The notes: generated from the letters alone by a model not told the origin. Counted from the stretch's first letter, positions 1 through 9,822 are shown. The stretch: DNA of 28,395 nt from Candidatus Helarchaeota ASGARD archaeon Hel_GB_B (GCA_005191425.1 SUPR01000041.1:1-28395); one strand, 5' to 3'. Program-made: numbers and translations.

Positions 1-86
1 TAAAAAAAGCAGTCCCGAAAGCTTTTGATAAAGTGGACGGGATAGAGGCGTTTGGGGTCACGCCAGTATCTGTTCGTATTGAATAG
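1..86 (+). CDS. 3' end of an unidentified CDS entering from the left edge (partial)
   Basis: The frame from position 3 reads KKAVPKAFDKVDGIEAFGVTPVSVRIE then TAG at 84-86. It is protein-like and less AT-rich than the intergenic DNA, but too short to identify. Confidence 0.3.
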   Translation, partial: KKAVPKAFDKVDGIEAFGVTPVSVRIE

Positions 87-375
87 ATATAAAATTTATT
101 CTCCTATTATTAGCATAGGAAAATGAATAAACCCTTGCTAGAACATTATTGGAAGTATATTTTTTTATCAAACCATATGTCTGGGTATGTCTGTCCTTGT
201 TTACGACTTGTACAATATAAATAATCGTCCCGTTAACCACCACAAAAGTTTCTCCGACAAAAACGATTTTACTGGCACTTTTTTATACCCAAACTAATTT
301 TACTTGCACTGAATTGTAAATAAACTCCATGGTATGTTCTAACAAGGCGGAAATGGACGAACTACCATAATCCAG
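58..375 (-). pseudogene. Decayed DDE transposase fragment, homologous to the remnant at 25.9-26.8 kb
   Basis: Extending the listed ORF 58..243 upstream through one TAA (283-285) gives LDYGSSSISALLEHTMEFIYNSVQVKLVWV*KSASKIVFVGETFVVVNGTIIYIVQVVNKDR. This aligns without gaps over about 62 codons (375 to about 190) with FNCSNLYASTIVKEIIISVNNSVEVKLAWATPISGDILLVDETSIKINGHVWYLLLALNEDR at about 26.56-26.37 kb. The first catalytic Asp is replaced by Gly (VGET vs VDET). Confidence 0.7.
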
Positions 376-400
376 TATGAATGAAATATTTTTAAATAGA

Positions 401-3220
401 TTATTTCATTCTCAAATATTTTTTTAAATACTTGGCAGTATATGACTCTTTACAATTAACAATTTCTTCTGGAGTTCCTTCAGCTACAATAGACCCTCCG
501 GCATTACCTCCTTCTGGGCCTAAGTCTATAATATAATCTGCACATTTAATAACGTCCATGTTATGTTCAATAACAATGACTGAATTTCCAGAATTAACGA
601 GTCGATTTAATACTTTTAATAATTTAGAGATATCATAAGTACTAAGTCCTGTTGTTGGTTCATCTAATATATATAAGGTATTTCCTGTGCTTCTTTTGCT
701 TAATTCTCGAGAAATCTTTATTCTTTGGGATTCTCCTCCACTCAGATTTGGGCTTGCTTGGCCAAGAGTGATATATCCAAGTCCAACATCTTTTAATGTT
801 TGAAGTCCCCGCTTAAGTTTGCTAAATTCACTGAAAAATTCATAAGCTTCATCAACTGTCATATTTAACACATCTGAAATATTTTTTCCCTTAAATTTAA
901 TATCAAGAGTTGCTCGATTAAAACGTTTTCCGTGGCAGACTGGACATTCAATAAACACTGGGGGCAAAAAATACATTTCAATTTCTAACATCCCTATTCC
1001 AGAGCAATGTTCACATCTACCACCCTTAACATTAAAGCTGAAACGCCCCGGTTTATAACCTCTTACCTTGGATTCTGGTAATTTAGAAAATATATCTCTA
1101 ATTTGGTCGAATATCTTAGTATAAGTAGCTGGGTTAGACCTTGGAGTTTTTCCGATTGGGTCTTGGTCGATTGATATAATCTTATCGATATATTCTACTC
1201 CTTTAATTTCGTCATAATAAACCTTATTTCGATCTTCTTCGTTTCTAAGTATTTTTTTAAGAGATGGTAGCAGAATATCATTTATCAATGTGCTTTTTCC
1301 TGCCCCTGAGACTCCTGTTATGCATGTAAATACTTGCAATGGTATTTTTACATCAATTGATTTCAAATTATTCTTTTTAGCCCCTTTAATATAGAGCCAT
1401 TTTTCGTTTGGTTTGCGCCTATTTTTGGGTACACTAATCTTTTTTCTACCTGATAAATAATCCATAATAATTGATTTATTGTTTATTACATCATTTAGTG
1501 GCCCTTCAGCAACAATTTTCCCACCATAGACTCCTGCTCCAGGTCCTAATTCAATTATATAATCCGAAGCTTTAATCATTTCTTCGTCATGCTCGACCAC
1601 CAAAATTGTATTTCCAATATCTCTAAGCTTTTTTAATGTATTTATTAATCTGGCGTTATCTCTCTGGTGCAGACCAATAGTTGGTTCGTCAAGGACATAT
1701 AAAACTCCCATAAGATTTGTCCCTATTTGGGTCGCCAAGTGTATTCGTTGCGCCTCTCCTACAGAGAGAGTATCTGAAGTCCTTTCCAGTGTTAAATAGT
1801 CCAACCCGACATTTAATAAAAAATCAATCCTATTTAATAATTCTTTAATTATGTCTTTAGCAATAATTTTCTCGTTTTCATTTAATGATAAATTTATTAA
1901 AAAATTTTTCAATTCTGAAATCATTAATTTGCTCAATTGACAAATTGACTTTTTATTAATAAATACATGTCTGCTTTCAATTCTAAGTCTATCTCCATTA
2001 CAGTCTGGACAGTTTTCTTTCTTCATTAATTTCTGAATTTCTTGTCTAATATATTGAGACTTTGTTTCAAAATACCTTCTTTCTAAACTTTTTATAACTC
2101 CCTCATAATTTTTGTCATAAATATGTTGGACTCTTCCATTTCCTCCGATACTAAAATGTATAATTTCATCAGTGCCATATAATATAATATCTTGAAACTT
2201 TTTTGGTAACTCACCGAAAGGTTTATTTAAATCAATTCCAAAATGCCCCGCTACTTGTTCGACCATTTGAAACCACAATGTCTTTGAGAATTGGTTCCCA
2301 ATGATCTGTATAGCACCTTCATTAATTGATAAATTAAATTTTACTACTTTGTATGGATTAATTTCTAATGTAGTACCAAGCCCAGCGCATGTTTTACAGC
2401 TACCTACTGGACTGTTAAAAGAGAAAATTCGCGGTTCTAATTTTGGAAAACTGATACCACATTTTGGGCACGCTAATTCTTCGCTATACAGTTCTACCCT
2501 GTTTTCATCGAGATATAAGATTCCAATAAGTCCATCACTCAATTTTTTTGCAGTTTCACATGAATCTGTTAACCTACTGCGCTCTTCATCTTTAATTTCC
2601 AGTCTATCTATTACAACTTCTATATAATGTTTTTTATTTTTATTAAGTTCTATGTTATCTGACAAAAGATATATCTTACCGTCTACTCTTATTCTGTTAT
2701 AACCCTGTGATTCTAAGTCAACAAATAATTTTTTATATGCTCCTTTTCGGTTTCGGACAATAGGTGCTAGGATATAAATTTTTTTACCCTTATTTAATAG
2801 TATTTGGTCTACAATTTGTTGGATTGACTGTTTTTCAATTTTTTTACCGCATTTATAACAATATGGTATACCTATCCTGGCATATAATAACCTTAAATAG
2901 TCATATATTTCGGTAATAGTCCCTACAGTGGAACGTGGGTTGCGAGATAATGAGCGCTGCTGAATTGCTATGGCTGGAGAGAGGCCCTCTATAGATTCCA
3001 CATCTGGTTTGTCCATTTGTCCTAAAAATTGTCGTGCATATGACGATAATGATTCGACATAACGTCTCTGTCCCTCTGCAAAAATTGTATCAAATACAAG
3101 CGAAGATTTACCAGACCCAGAGATCCCAGTAATAACGACTAACTTATTTCTAGGTATTTCTACATCAATATTTTTTAGATTGTGTTGTTTTGCACCTTTA
3201 ACTACAATTTTATCTATCAT
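401..3220 (-). CDS. uvrA: Excinuclease ABC subunit A (UvrA)
   Basis: 939 aa with two ABC ATPase modules (GISGSGKSS and GVSGAGKST; LSVGEAQR and LSGGESQR; DEPT), EGQRRYVESLSSYARQFLG, and Cys-pair zinc motifs. Confidence 0.98.
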   Translation of the reverse strand: MIDKIVVKGAKQHNLKNIDVEIPRNKLVVITGISGSGKSSLVFDTIFAEGQRRYVESLSSYARQFLGQMDKPDVESIEGLSPAIAIQQRSLSRNPRSTVGTITEIYDYLRLLYARIGIPYCYKCGKKIEKQSIQQIVDQILLNKGKKIYILAPIVRNRKGAYKKLFVDLESQGYNRIRVDGKIYLLSDNIELNKNKKHYIEVVIDRLEIKDEERSRLTDSCETAKKLSDGLIGILYLDENRVELYSEELACPKCGISFPKLEPRIFSFNSPVGSCKTCAGLGTTLEINPYKVVKFNLSINEGAIQIIGNQFSKTLWFQMVEQVAGHFGIDLNKPFGELPKKFQDIILYGTDEIIHFSIGGNGRVQHIYDKNYEGVIKSLERRYFETKSQYIRQEIQKLMKKENCPDCNGDRLRIESRHVFINKKSICQLSKLMISELKNFLINLSLNENEKIIAKDIIKELLNRIDFLLNVGLDYLTLERTSDTLSVGEAQRIHLATQIGTNLMGVLYVLDEPTIGLHQRDNARLINTLKKLRDIGNTILVVEHDEEMIKASDYIIELGPGAGVYGGKIVAEGPLNDVINNKSIIMDYLSGRKKISVPKNRRKPNEKWLYIKGAKKNNLKSIDVKIPLQVFTCITGVSGAGKSTLINDILLPSLKKILRNEEDRNKVYYDEIKGVEYIDKIISIDQDPIGKTPRSNPATYTKIFDQIRDIFSKLPESKVRGYKPGRFSFNVKGGRCEHCSGIGMLEIEMYFLPPVFIECPVCHGKRFNRATLDIKFKGKNISDVLNMTVDEAYEFFSEFSKLKRGLQTLKDVGLGYITLGQASPNLSGGESQRIKISRELSKRSTGNTLYILDEPTTGLSTYDISKLLKVLNRLVNSGNSVIVIEHNMDVIKCADYIIDLGPEGGNAGGSIVAEGTPEEIVNCKESYTAKYLKKYLRMK

Positions 3221-3238
3221 AACTAGTCCAACTTCGGA

Positions 3239-5218
3239 TTATTTTATTTTAAATTTCTTTTTAAGTTCTGCTATTTTATCTCTATAAATAGCAGCTTTTT
3301 CAAATTCCAAATTAGCTGCGTATTGTCTCATAGTTTTTTCTAATTGAGCGATGGTGTTAGCAGCATCTTTTTTAGACACCTCTTTTTTAATATCAGTAAA
3401 AATTGGTTCCTTCTCTAATTCAATTATATCTTGGATCTCTTTTACTATTGTAGTTGGAGTTATTCCCATTTTCATATTATATTCTTGTTGAATTTTACGT
3501 CTTCTATTCGTTTCATCGATAGCAAATTTCATTGACTGTGTTATTTTATCAGCGTAAAGTATTGCTGTTCCATTTACATTTCTAGAAACTCTTCCTATGG
3601 TCTGTATCAATGGAATTTCAGACCGTAAAAATCCTTCCTTATCAGCATCAAGAATTGCTACTAATGATACTTCTGGTAAGTCTAGTCCTTCTCTAAGAAG
3701 GTTTATTCCGACTAGAACATCAAAACCACCCTTTTTTGACCCAAGTCTTAAATCTTTTAATAGTTCCAACCTTTCTAGAGTATGTATTTCTGAATGTAAA
3801 TATCTAGAATTAATACCATTTTCTCTTAAATAATCTGTTAATTCTTCTGCCATGCGTTTTGTCAATGTAGTTACCAATACTCGTTCATTCACCTCTGTTC
3901 GTTTCTTTATCTCTTTAATTAAATCATCAATCTGAGTAGCATATGGTCTAACCTCTATTTTTGGATCTAATAGACCTGTTGGTCTAATCAACTGTTCAAC
4001 AACAAAATTTCCACTCTTTTTAATTTCATATTCTGCAGGTGTAGCAGACACAAAAATTATTCTTTTTGCTCGTTCTTCAAATTCCCTAAATTTCAATGGT
4101 CTATTATCATAAGCGGATGGAAGTCTAAATCCATAATCAATTAAATGTTTTTTTCGAGAATAATTTCCCTCATACATTCCGTTTAATTGAGGAATTGTAA
4201 CATGGGATTCATCTATAAAAACCAAGAAATCATCCGGAAAATAATCTAATAAAGTAGAAGGGGGTTCATTTGGCGCCAACCCACTTAAATATCTAGTATA
4301 ATTTTCTATTCCTGAAACATAACCAACTTCTCTCAACATAGTTATGTCATTTCGAGTCCTAAATTCAATTCTCTGGGCTTCGACCATTTTATTTTTTGAC
4401 TTAAAATATGCGACCCTTTTTTCCAATTCATCTTCTATTTGTTTAATGGCCTTTTCTATCCTTATTTTTGGCATAATAAATTCAACTGTTGGAAAAAAGA
4501 CGAAATAATCTAAATCTTCTATAATTTTTCCTGATACTGGGTTTAAGTATGCGATTCTGTCTATGTTATCACCAAATAATTCTATTCTGACAGCCAAATT
4601 ACCCCACCCAGGAAAAACATCAATTGTATCACCCCTAACTCTAAATTGCCCATTTTGCAAATCTACATTAGTCCGCTCATATTGTATTTCAACTAATCTT
4701 CTTAATATATCGTCCCTCCTGATGGTTTGTCCTACTCTTAATTTGAGCGTCATTTCTTTATAATCTTCAGGCCTGCCCAAACCATAAATACAAGAGACAC
4801 TCGCAACTACAATGACATCTTCACGTGTCATTAAAGAGTTAATCGTTGATAACCGCAATTTTGCTATATCTTCATCAATAGCGATTTCCTTGTCTATATA
4901 TAAATCTCTAGCTGGGACGTATGCCTCAGGACGATAATATGAATAATATGATACAAAATATTCCACCGCATTATTAGGAAAAAAATCCTTAAATTCTCTG
5001 TATAATTGAGCCGCCAATGTTTTATTGTGTGATATTACCAGAACTGGGACTTGAGGTCTGATCTTGCTTATTATATTTGCCATTGTATATGTTTTACCAC
5101 TTCCAGTAACTCCGAGTAATGTTATATATCGTCTTCCATTGTTTAATGCGTTGACAATTTTTTCAATTGCTTGAGGTTGGTCTCCCTTAGGTCGAAAATC
5201 TGAAATTAATTCGAACAT
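3239..5218 (-). CDS. uvrB: Excinuclease ABC subunit B (UvrB)
   Basis: 659 aa with GVTGSGKT, HNKTLAAQLY, YFVSYY..YRPEAY, DESH, GINLLREGLDLPEV and a C-terminal UVR coiled coil (LEFEKAAIYRD). It ends 18 bp upstream of the uvrA start. Confidence 0.98.
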   Translation of the reverse strand: MFELISDFRPKGDQPQAIEKIVNALNNGRRYITLLGVTGSGKTYTMANIISKIRPQVPVLVISHNKTLAAQLYREFKDFFPNNAVEYFVSYYSYYRPEAYVPARDLYIDKEIAIDEDIAKLRLSTINSLMTREDVIVVASVSCIYGLGRPEDYKEMTLKLRVGQTIRRDDILRRLVEIQYERTNVDLQNGQFRVRGDTIDVFPGWGNLAVRIELFGDNIDRIAYLNPVSGKIIEDLDYFVFFPTVEFIMPKIRIEKAIKQIEDELEKRVAYFKSKNKMVEAQRIEFRTRNDITMLREVGYVSGIENYTRYLSGLAPNEPPSTLLDYFPDDFLVFIDESHVTIPQLNGMYEGNYSRKKHLIDYGFRLPSAYDNRPLKFREFEERAKRIIFVSATPAEYEIKKSGNFVVEQLIRPTGLLDPKIEVRPYATQIDDLIKEIKKRTEVNERVLVTTLTKRMAEELTDYLRENGINSRYLHSEIHTLERLELLKDLRLGSKKGGFDVLVGINLLREGLDLPEVSLVAILDADKEGFLRSEIPLIQTIGRVSRNVNGTAILYADKITQSMKFAIDETNRRRKIQQEYNMKMGITPTTIVKEIQDIIELEKEPIFTDIKKEVSKKDAANTIAQLEKTMRQYAANLEFEKAAIYRDKIAELKKKFKIK

Positions 5219-5450
5219 GCTTTAAATTCCTTTAATTCATTTTCGATTAACTTTAAAATTATGAAATATCTCATTAATTTTGAAAAATTATTCTCAATAT
5301 TAAAATTTATTATTTCTACACACTTAAGATTAAACTCATAAATTAAAAAATATCTTGCAAAAATACAGACCAAACCACTAAAGATAATCAGACAAAAGAA
5401 AAATTATAAAAAGATAAATAAAATTCTACAAATTTTTTAAAAAATAAGAA

Positions 5451-6767
5451 TTATTTTCTTAGTTCTTTAACTTTTTTCAAAATTTTTTCTAAAATTTCTT
5501 TATCAGTGAGTATATTTTCATTTGGTGGTTGCTTAACTTTCTTCATTCTAATAGGTACTGCGTCCATTCTATATCCAGTCCCTTCAGCTTCTATCCCTGC
5601 CATAGCTGCTGGAAATACGACATCTCCAATTAATGTTGTTGGAGTTTTATGGGGGTCTATTACAATTAGCGGGATTTTACCAAGCCATTCTGATGAAACT
5701 TTTGGAAAATTACTTATCGGGTCTGAGGATATTATAAGTGCTGCATCAGTTTCTTTTCTGATTAATATATCGTTTGCTGAAAATTCTCCTGGATTATATC
5801 TTGGATACCCCCTAGCAAAATTAATTGAATATGGATATCCGGTCTGCCAAGTAAAAACTACATTAGCACCACATACATTCCAGTGTCCACGCATTGGTAA
5901 AATTATCCATTTAGAAAATGAGTTTAAATCTTTAACAAGTAATACTGCTGAATCTATATTTCTATGTTTTCCAATTGTTTGAGTTAGTCCCATTCCGAAA
6001 AAGAGTACCCCAAACTGAGCATTTTTCATAATATTAACTAATTCGATGATTTTTTCCTTTTTTACCCCTGCTACTTCTTCAGGTATTTCAGCCCCCTTCA
6101 AAACAGCTCGCATTGCACTCAAAAGTTCAAAATCCTTTCCTTGTTGTACCTGAACAAAATCTGTCGCCAATTTTGCTGTATCTGTATACCTAGGGTCAAT
6201 AACAATTAATTTTCGTTCCATAATACCTTTTTCACGGAAATATCCTCTAATAAATGTAGAATATCTACTCAAATGTCTTGGGTGCGCATTTGCAGGATTA
6301 CTACCTACATACATAATTACATCTGCTCGGGCTTTAATTTCTCCAAGAGTTGCACCCGATGCACCTACATCTTGTTCAGCTAAAATCGTTGGTCCATGGC
6401 ATACTGATGCTGTATTATCAAGAATAGCACCAACTTCTTCAGCTAATTCTATACCTACTGCTTGGGCTCCTGCCTCTGTAGATGAAAATCCATAAAGCAA
6501 TGGATAATCTGCATTTATCAATATCTTAGCTGCTTCATTAATTGCAGTTTCAATATCTGTTTCTACCAATTTTCCGTTTTTTCTAATCATTGGAGCTTGT
6601 ACACGGTCGTCCAATTCATTTGATGAAAAAAATTTTCTAGTACCTATTGTACATGCGTTTTCTACTTCTACAATCTCATTGTTTTCGTCCACTTTTAAAA
6701 CAATATCATCACATAAAGAACCACAAAATGGACAAACACAGTCCGTATATTCTTTAATTTCTCCCAT
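5451..6767 (-). CDS. fwdB: Formylmethanofuran dehydrogenase subunit B (Mo/W-bis-pterin catalytic subunit)
   Basis: CPFCGSLCDD Fe-S motif, SVCHGPT metal-ligand motif (the Cys codon is TGC, not a Sec UGA), HPRHLSRYS, PMRGHWNVCG, YRMDAVP. The W versus Mo isoform cannot be told from sequence. Confidence 0.93.
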   Translation of the reverse strand: MGEIKEYTDCVCPFCGSLCDDIVLKVDENNEIVEVENACTIGTRKFFSSNELDDRVQAPMIRKNGKLVETDIETAINEAAKILINADYPLLYGFSSTEAGAQAVGIELAEEVGAILDNTASVCHGPTILAEQDVGASGATLGEIKARADVIMYVGSNPANAHPRHLSRYSTFIRGYFREKGIMERKLIVIDPRYTDTAKLATDFVQVQQGKDFELLSAMRAVLKGAEIPEEVAGVKKEKIIELVNIMKNAQFGVLFFGMGLTQTIGKHRNIDSAVLLVKDLNSFSKWIILPMRGHWNVCGANVVFTWQTGYPYSINFARGYPRYNPGEFSANDILIRKETDAALIISSDPISNFPKVSSEWLGKIPLIVIDPHKTPTTLIGDVVFPAAMAGIEAEGTGYRMDAVPIRMKKVKQPPNENILTDKEILEKILKKVKELRK

Positions 6768-6788
6768 CTTTCTTTCCTCTTATCATTT

Positions 6789-7178
6789 TTATGATTTAAA
6801 ACTTTCAGCTATTTCTTGAGGGCTTAATACTTTTTTACCTGGTGCTGGTTCTATATTACAAGAAATCCCTTTGAATGATGGAGTTCCAATCCCTGTAGTA
6901 TCTTCATTTATTACCTGATTTGCCCAAATTCCCATTGGAATAAAAGCAACCCCTTTATGAGGTGCATTTGGGGATTTAATTGCCCTAACAATAACCTCCC
7001 CAAAATCTGTCTTTATAGAAACAACTGAGCCGGTCATTATATGAAGTTCTGCCATGTCATCGGGGTCAAGTTCAACAATTGCTCCAGCTCTGGTCATTTC
7101 ATCTGACAATTTACTTCCTTCATAAGCTCTTCCTTGGTCTATAGTCCGTCCGGTTATTAAATTACATTTCAAGACCAT
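6789..7178 (-). CDS. fwdD: Formylmethanofuran dehydrogenase subunit D
   Basis: LITGRTIDQG, FIPMGIWAN and GTPSFKG motifs. It lies directly upstream of fwdB, with AGGAG before the ATG. Confidence 0.92.
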   Translation of the reverse strand: MVLKCNLITGRTIDQGRAYEGSKLSDEMTRAGAIVELDPDDMAELHIMTGSVVSIKTDFGEVIVRAIKSPNAPHKGVAFIPMGIWANQVINEDTTGIGTPSFKGISCNIEPAPGKKVLSPQEIAESFKS

Positions 7179-8026
7179 TTTATTATTCTCCTAAATCATA
7201 AACTAGCTTAGATGGTTAACATGATTATTCGATATTAACTTCATCGAAATTTTTATTATTTATTTAACAAAATCTTATCTATTTTAATCAAGATTTTATA
7301 GGCTTATACTTGAATCATCATTCTATCAATAAAATAAAAATTTTTTCGTATTATTCTTTTTTTGTCTATTTTCAATAAACAAAAATGTGCTTTTAAATTG
7401 TTCTAAATAAGTCTTCAATTGTCTGCTTTTTTTTATTTTGTAGGATATTTTAATTGATTATATTAATAGAAATGCGAGTTAGAACTTTCTGCATTTTTAT
7501 AATATTAAAATTTTTCGTATTTATTTATTATTTTAATAGTATTTTTAAAGTCCGTTCTTAATTTATAATTGAACTGCTTTTAATATCTTCATAATTTTTG
7601 ACTTTTAGTTAAAAAGATTTTGATTTCGCGAATTAATTTTAGATCATAACCATTTTAAACAATTCTTGCAATTAATTTTTAGCAATACTAAAAATGTTTT
7701 ATAATTAAATTTCAATTTTTATAAAAGAGATTATCTAAAAACAAATTTAAAATCAAAATATTACTGAATATTATTAGCTATCTACTTATTATTGGCTTTA
7801 TTATCTTTGGATTTTTGATGTATTTATATTACATTATGGTAAGTAATAAAATTAAATATAGGACAAAATCAATTTCTCTGTATAAATCCTTAAAAATACT
7901 ATTTACCATTGTAGTTCCCCATATTTTTAACCATTTTTTTAAAACGGAAATTAAAATAATTAAAAAGACTTTTTTAATTAATAATTTATATAAATAAATT
8001 CTACTAAAATTAATAGGGTTTTTATT

Positions 8027-8362
8027 ATGAGTAAAAAATTATTAAGCTTTTTGGGAACTCGGAAATATATAGAATCTTGTTATTCATATAATGGTAATGT
8101 TTCAAAGCCTAATCATTTTATTCAAATGGCTCTAATAGAATTAATATGTAATAATTGGGATGATGGAGATCAGATAATCATATTTTTAACTGAGAGAGCT
8201 AAAAATATGAACTGGCTAGGAAAAAACGCAAATCCCGGAGCAAATTTTGAAATAGGACTTCGTGAAAGATTAGAACATTTTAAAAAAAAATATCATTTAA
8301 AGTGGTTGATATTCCTGAGGGGAGAACTGAAAATGAACTATGGGAAATTTTTGAAAAAATAA
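8027..8362 (+). CDS. csx1: N-terminal part of a Csx1/TM1812-family CARF-HEPN protein (frameshifted)
   Basis: MSKKLLSFLGTRKY..SCY is a typical start for this CARF family. A -1 shift in the A9 run at 8282-8290 joins it to the downstream ORF. Confidence 0.8.
   Translation: MSKKLLSFLGTRKYIESCYSYNGNVSKPNHFIQMALIELICNNWDDGDQIIIFLTERAKNMNWLGKNANPGANFEIGLRERLEHFKKKYHLKWLIFLRGELKMNYGKFLKK
8282..8290 (+). other. A9 homopolymer / slippery site at the csx1 frameshift
   Basis: The zero frame reads TTT AAA AAA AAA TAT. One extra A, or a -1 shift on A_AAA_AAA, gives F-K-K-K-I-S-F-K-V-V-D-I-P-E-G and a continuous 410-aa ORF from 8027 to 9258. Confidence 0.75.
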
Positions 8363-9258
8363 TAGATGTCATTAACCCCCAAGATGAAATTTATTTTGAT
8401 ATAACACATAGTTTTCGATCTTTACCCTTCTTAATATTGATAATTTTAAATTATGTAAGATTTTTAAAAGGTATAGAAGTAAATGAGATATTTTATGGGG
8501 CTTTAGAATCTTTAGGTACTATAAAAGAAATACTGAAAAATATACCCGTAAACGAAAGAATAGCTCCAATATTTAGACTTACACCATTTATAAATTTATT
8601 TGATTGGACTGTAGCAATTGAACGATTTTTACAAACAGGAAATGCCAATATGATAAGCACTTTAAGTAATCAAGAATTAAAACCGTTGCTTATTGAAACA
8701 AGTGGAATGATTGGTGGAAAACTTAGAAAACTTATAGGAGTAATAAAAGAATTCTCAGAAAATGTTTCTACTTGCAGATTTCCCAAATTTAAAAAAAATA
8801 TCGAAAGTATAATACAAATTATACCAGAAGCTGAGTCTGAGCTTGAAAAATTAAAACCATTCAAACCTTTGTTCAACGAAATAAAAACTCAGTTTTATAA
8901 TTTCCAAAATATAGATGATATTTCAATCGGAATAAATATAGCAAAATGGTGTTTAGAAAGAGATTTTATTCAACAAGGATATACTATTTTAAGGGAAACC
9001 ATTATTAACTATGTTATTATAAAAATTTTAAATAAATATGATTTAAAAGATAGAATAACCAGGGAAAATTCAGAGAAAATGTTAAATACTATGGATAAAG
9101 AAATTCCGGAAGAGATTATAAACCTTTGGCGTGAAATTATTGAATATAGAAATGATATAAATCATGCTGGATTAAGTGAGCAAAATTTACACAAATATAA
9201 CGATTTAAAAAAGAAATTAAAAGATTTTATTTTAAAATTTGAAAATTATAATAGATAA
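8302..9258 (+). CDS. csx1: C-terminal part of a Csx1/TM1812-family CARF-HEPN ribonuclease
   Basis: CARF motif DITHSFRSLP (8398-8427) and HEPN RxxxxH motif RNDINH (9148-9165). The GTG at 8302 has no evident RBS. Confidence 0.88.
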   Translation: MVDIPEGRTENELWEIFEKIIDVINPQDEIYFDITHSFRSLPFLILIILNYVRFLKGIEVNEIFYGALESLGTIKEILKNIPVNERIAPIFRLTPFINLFDWTVAIERFLQTGNANMISTLSNQELKPLLIETSGMIGGKLRKLIGVIKEFSENVSTCRFPKFKKNIESIIQIIPEAESELEKLKPFKPLFNEIKTQFYNFQNIDDISIGINIAKWCLERDFIQQGYTILRETIINYVIIKILNKYDLKDRITRENSEKMLNTMDKEIPEEIINLWREIIEYRNDINHAGLSEQNLHKYNDLKKKLKDFILKFENYNR

Positions 9259-9361
9259 AATTTAATAAATTTATAATTAAAAGCAAATTTCAGGAAATAT
9301 AGACTAATTTGAAATTCTACAATTATTTTATTAAAACAATTTTTATTAGATCATTTGTATT

Positions 9362-9634
9362 TTATTCTTCTACCATTTGAAACGCACCTGTTGGACAGAT
9401 CTGGACGCACCTATCACATTCAAAATCAAAATCCTTATTATAACAGTATTCTGGGTGTAATAATGTATTGATCCCATTGATTACCCTCATTATTAATTCT
9501 CCCTTCATTTTTGATCTTGGGGGTATAATACCCTCTTTCAATCTTGGTTCAATTTGGAGGTTTATTGGGCATACCAAAATACACTGACAACATCCGCTAC
9601 ATTTATCTCTATCAATTTTTAGTTTTTTCATCAT
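9362..9634 (-). CDS. 2x[4Fe-4S] ferredoxin, FwdG-like
   Basis: CSGCCQCILVCP and C-x8-CDRCVQICP motifs, plus an MRVING linker similar to FwdG. The likely start is ATG 9634 (MMKKLKIDRDKC) rather than 9688. Confidence 0.8.
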   Translation of the reverse strand: MMKKLKIDRDKCSGCCQCILVCPINLQIEPRLKEGIIPPRSKMKGELIMRVINGINTLLHPEYCYNKDFDFECDRCVQICPTGAFQMVEE

Positions 9635-9822
9635 AAAAAAAAATCCCGAACTTTTTATAAATTTTAGCTCGGATTTTGCACCTATCAAAATTTAGTCATA
9701 ATTTGAACGGTATTTTAAAATTGTAATTTAAATTCAATTAATGTGTCTTAATCGGACAATGAATAATGTTTTTAAAATTAACCTATTAATTTTTTATAGA
9801 GCATAAATTAAAATGTTCCTAA

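Noticed and set aside
2301-6000. Plus-strand ORFs 2301..2627, 3597..3833, 4563..4763 and 5506..5982
   Set aside because: They are antisense shadows lying entirely within uvrA, uvrB and fwdB, with no motifs of their own.
6385-6420. Possible selenocysteine version of FwdB, or a SECIS element
   Set aside because: The metal-ligand codon in SVCHGP is TGC (Cys). No in-frame UGA was found in any recognised redox gene, so there is no reason to call a SECIS.
7200-8026. Long AT-rich spacer upstream of csx1, examined for a CRISPR array, leader or gene remnants (including ORF 7815..7997)
   Set aside because: No regularly spaced direct repeats were seen. The short frames (e.g. TIEDLFRTI on the minus strand) are too brief to assign.
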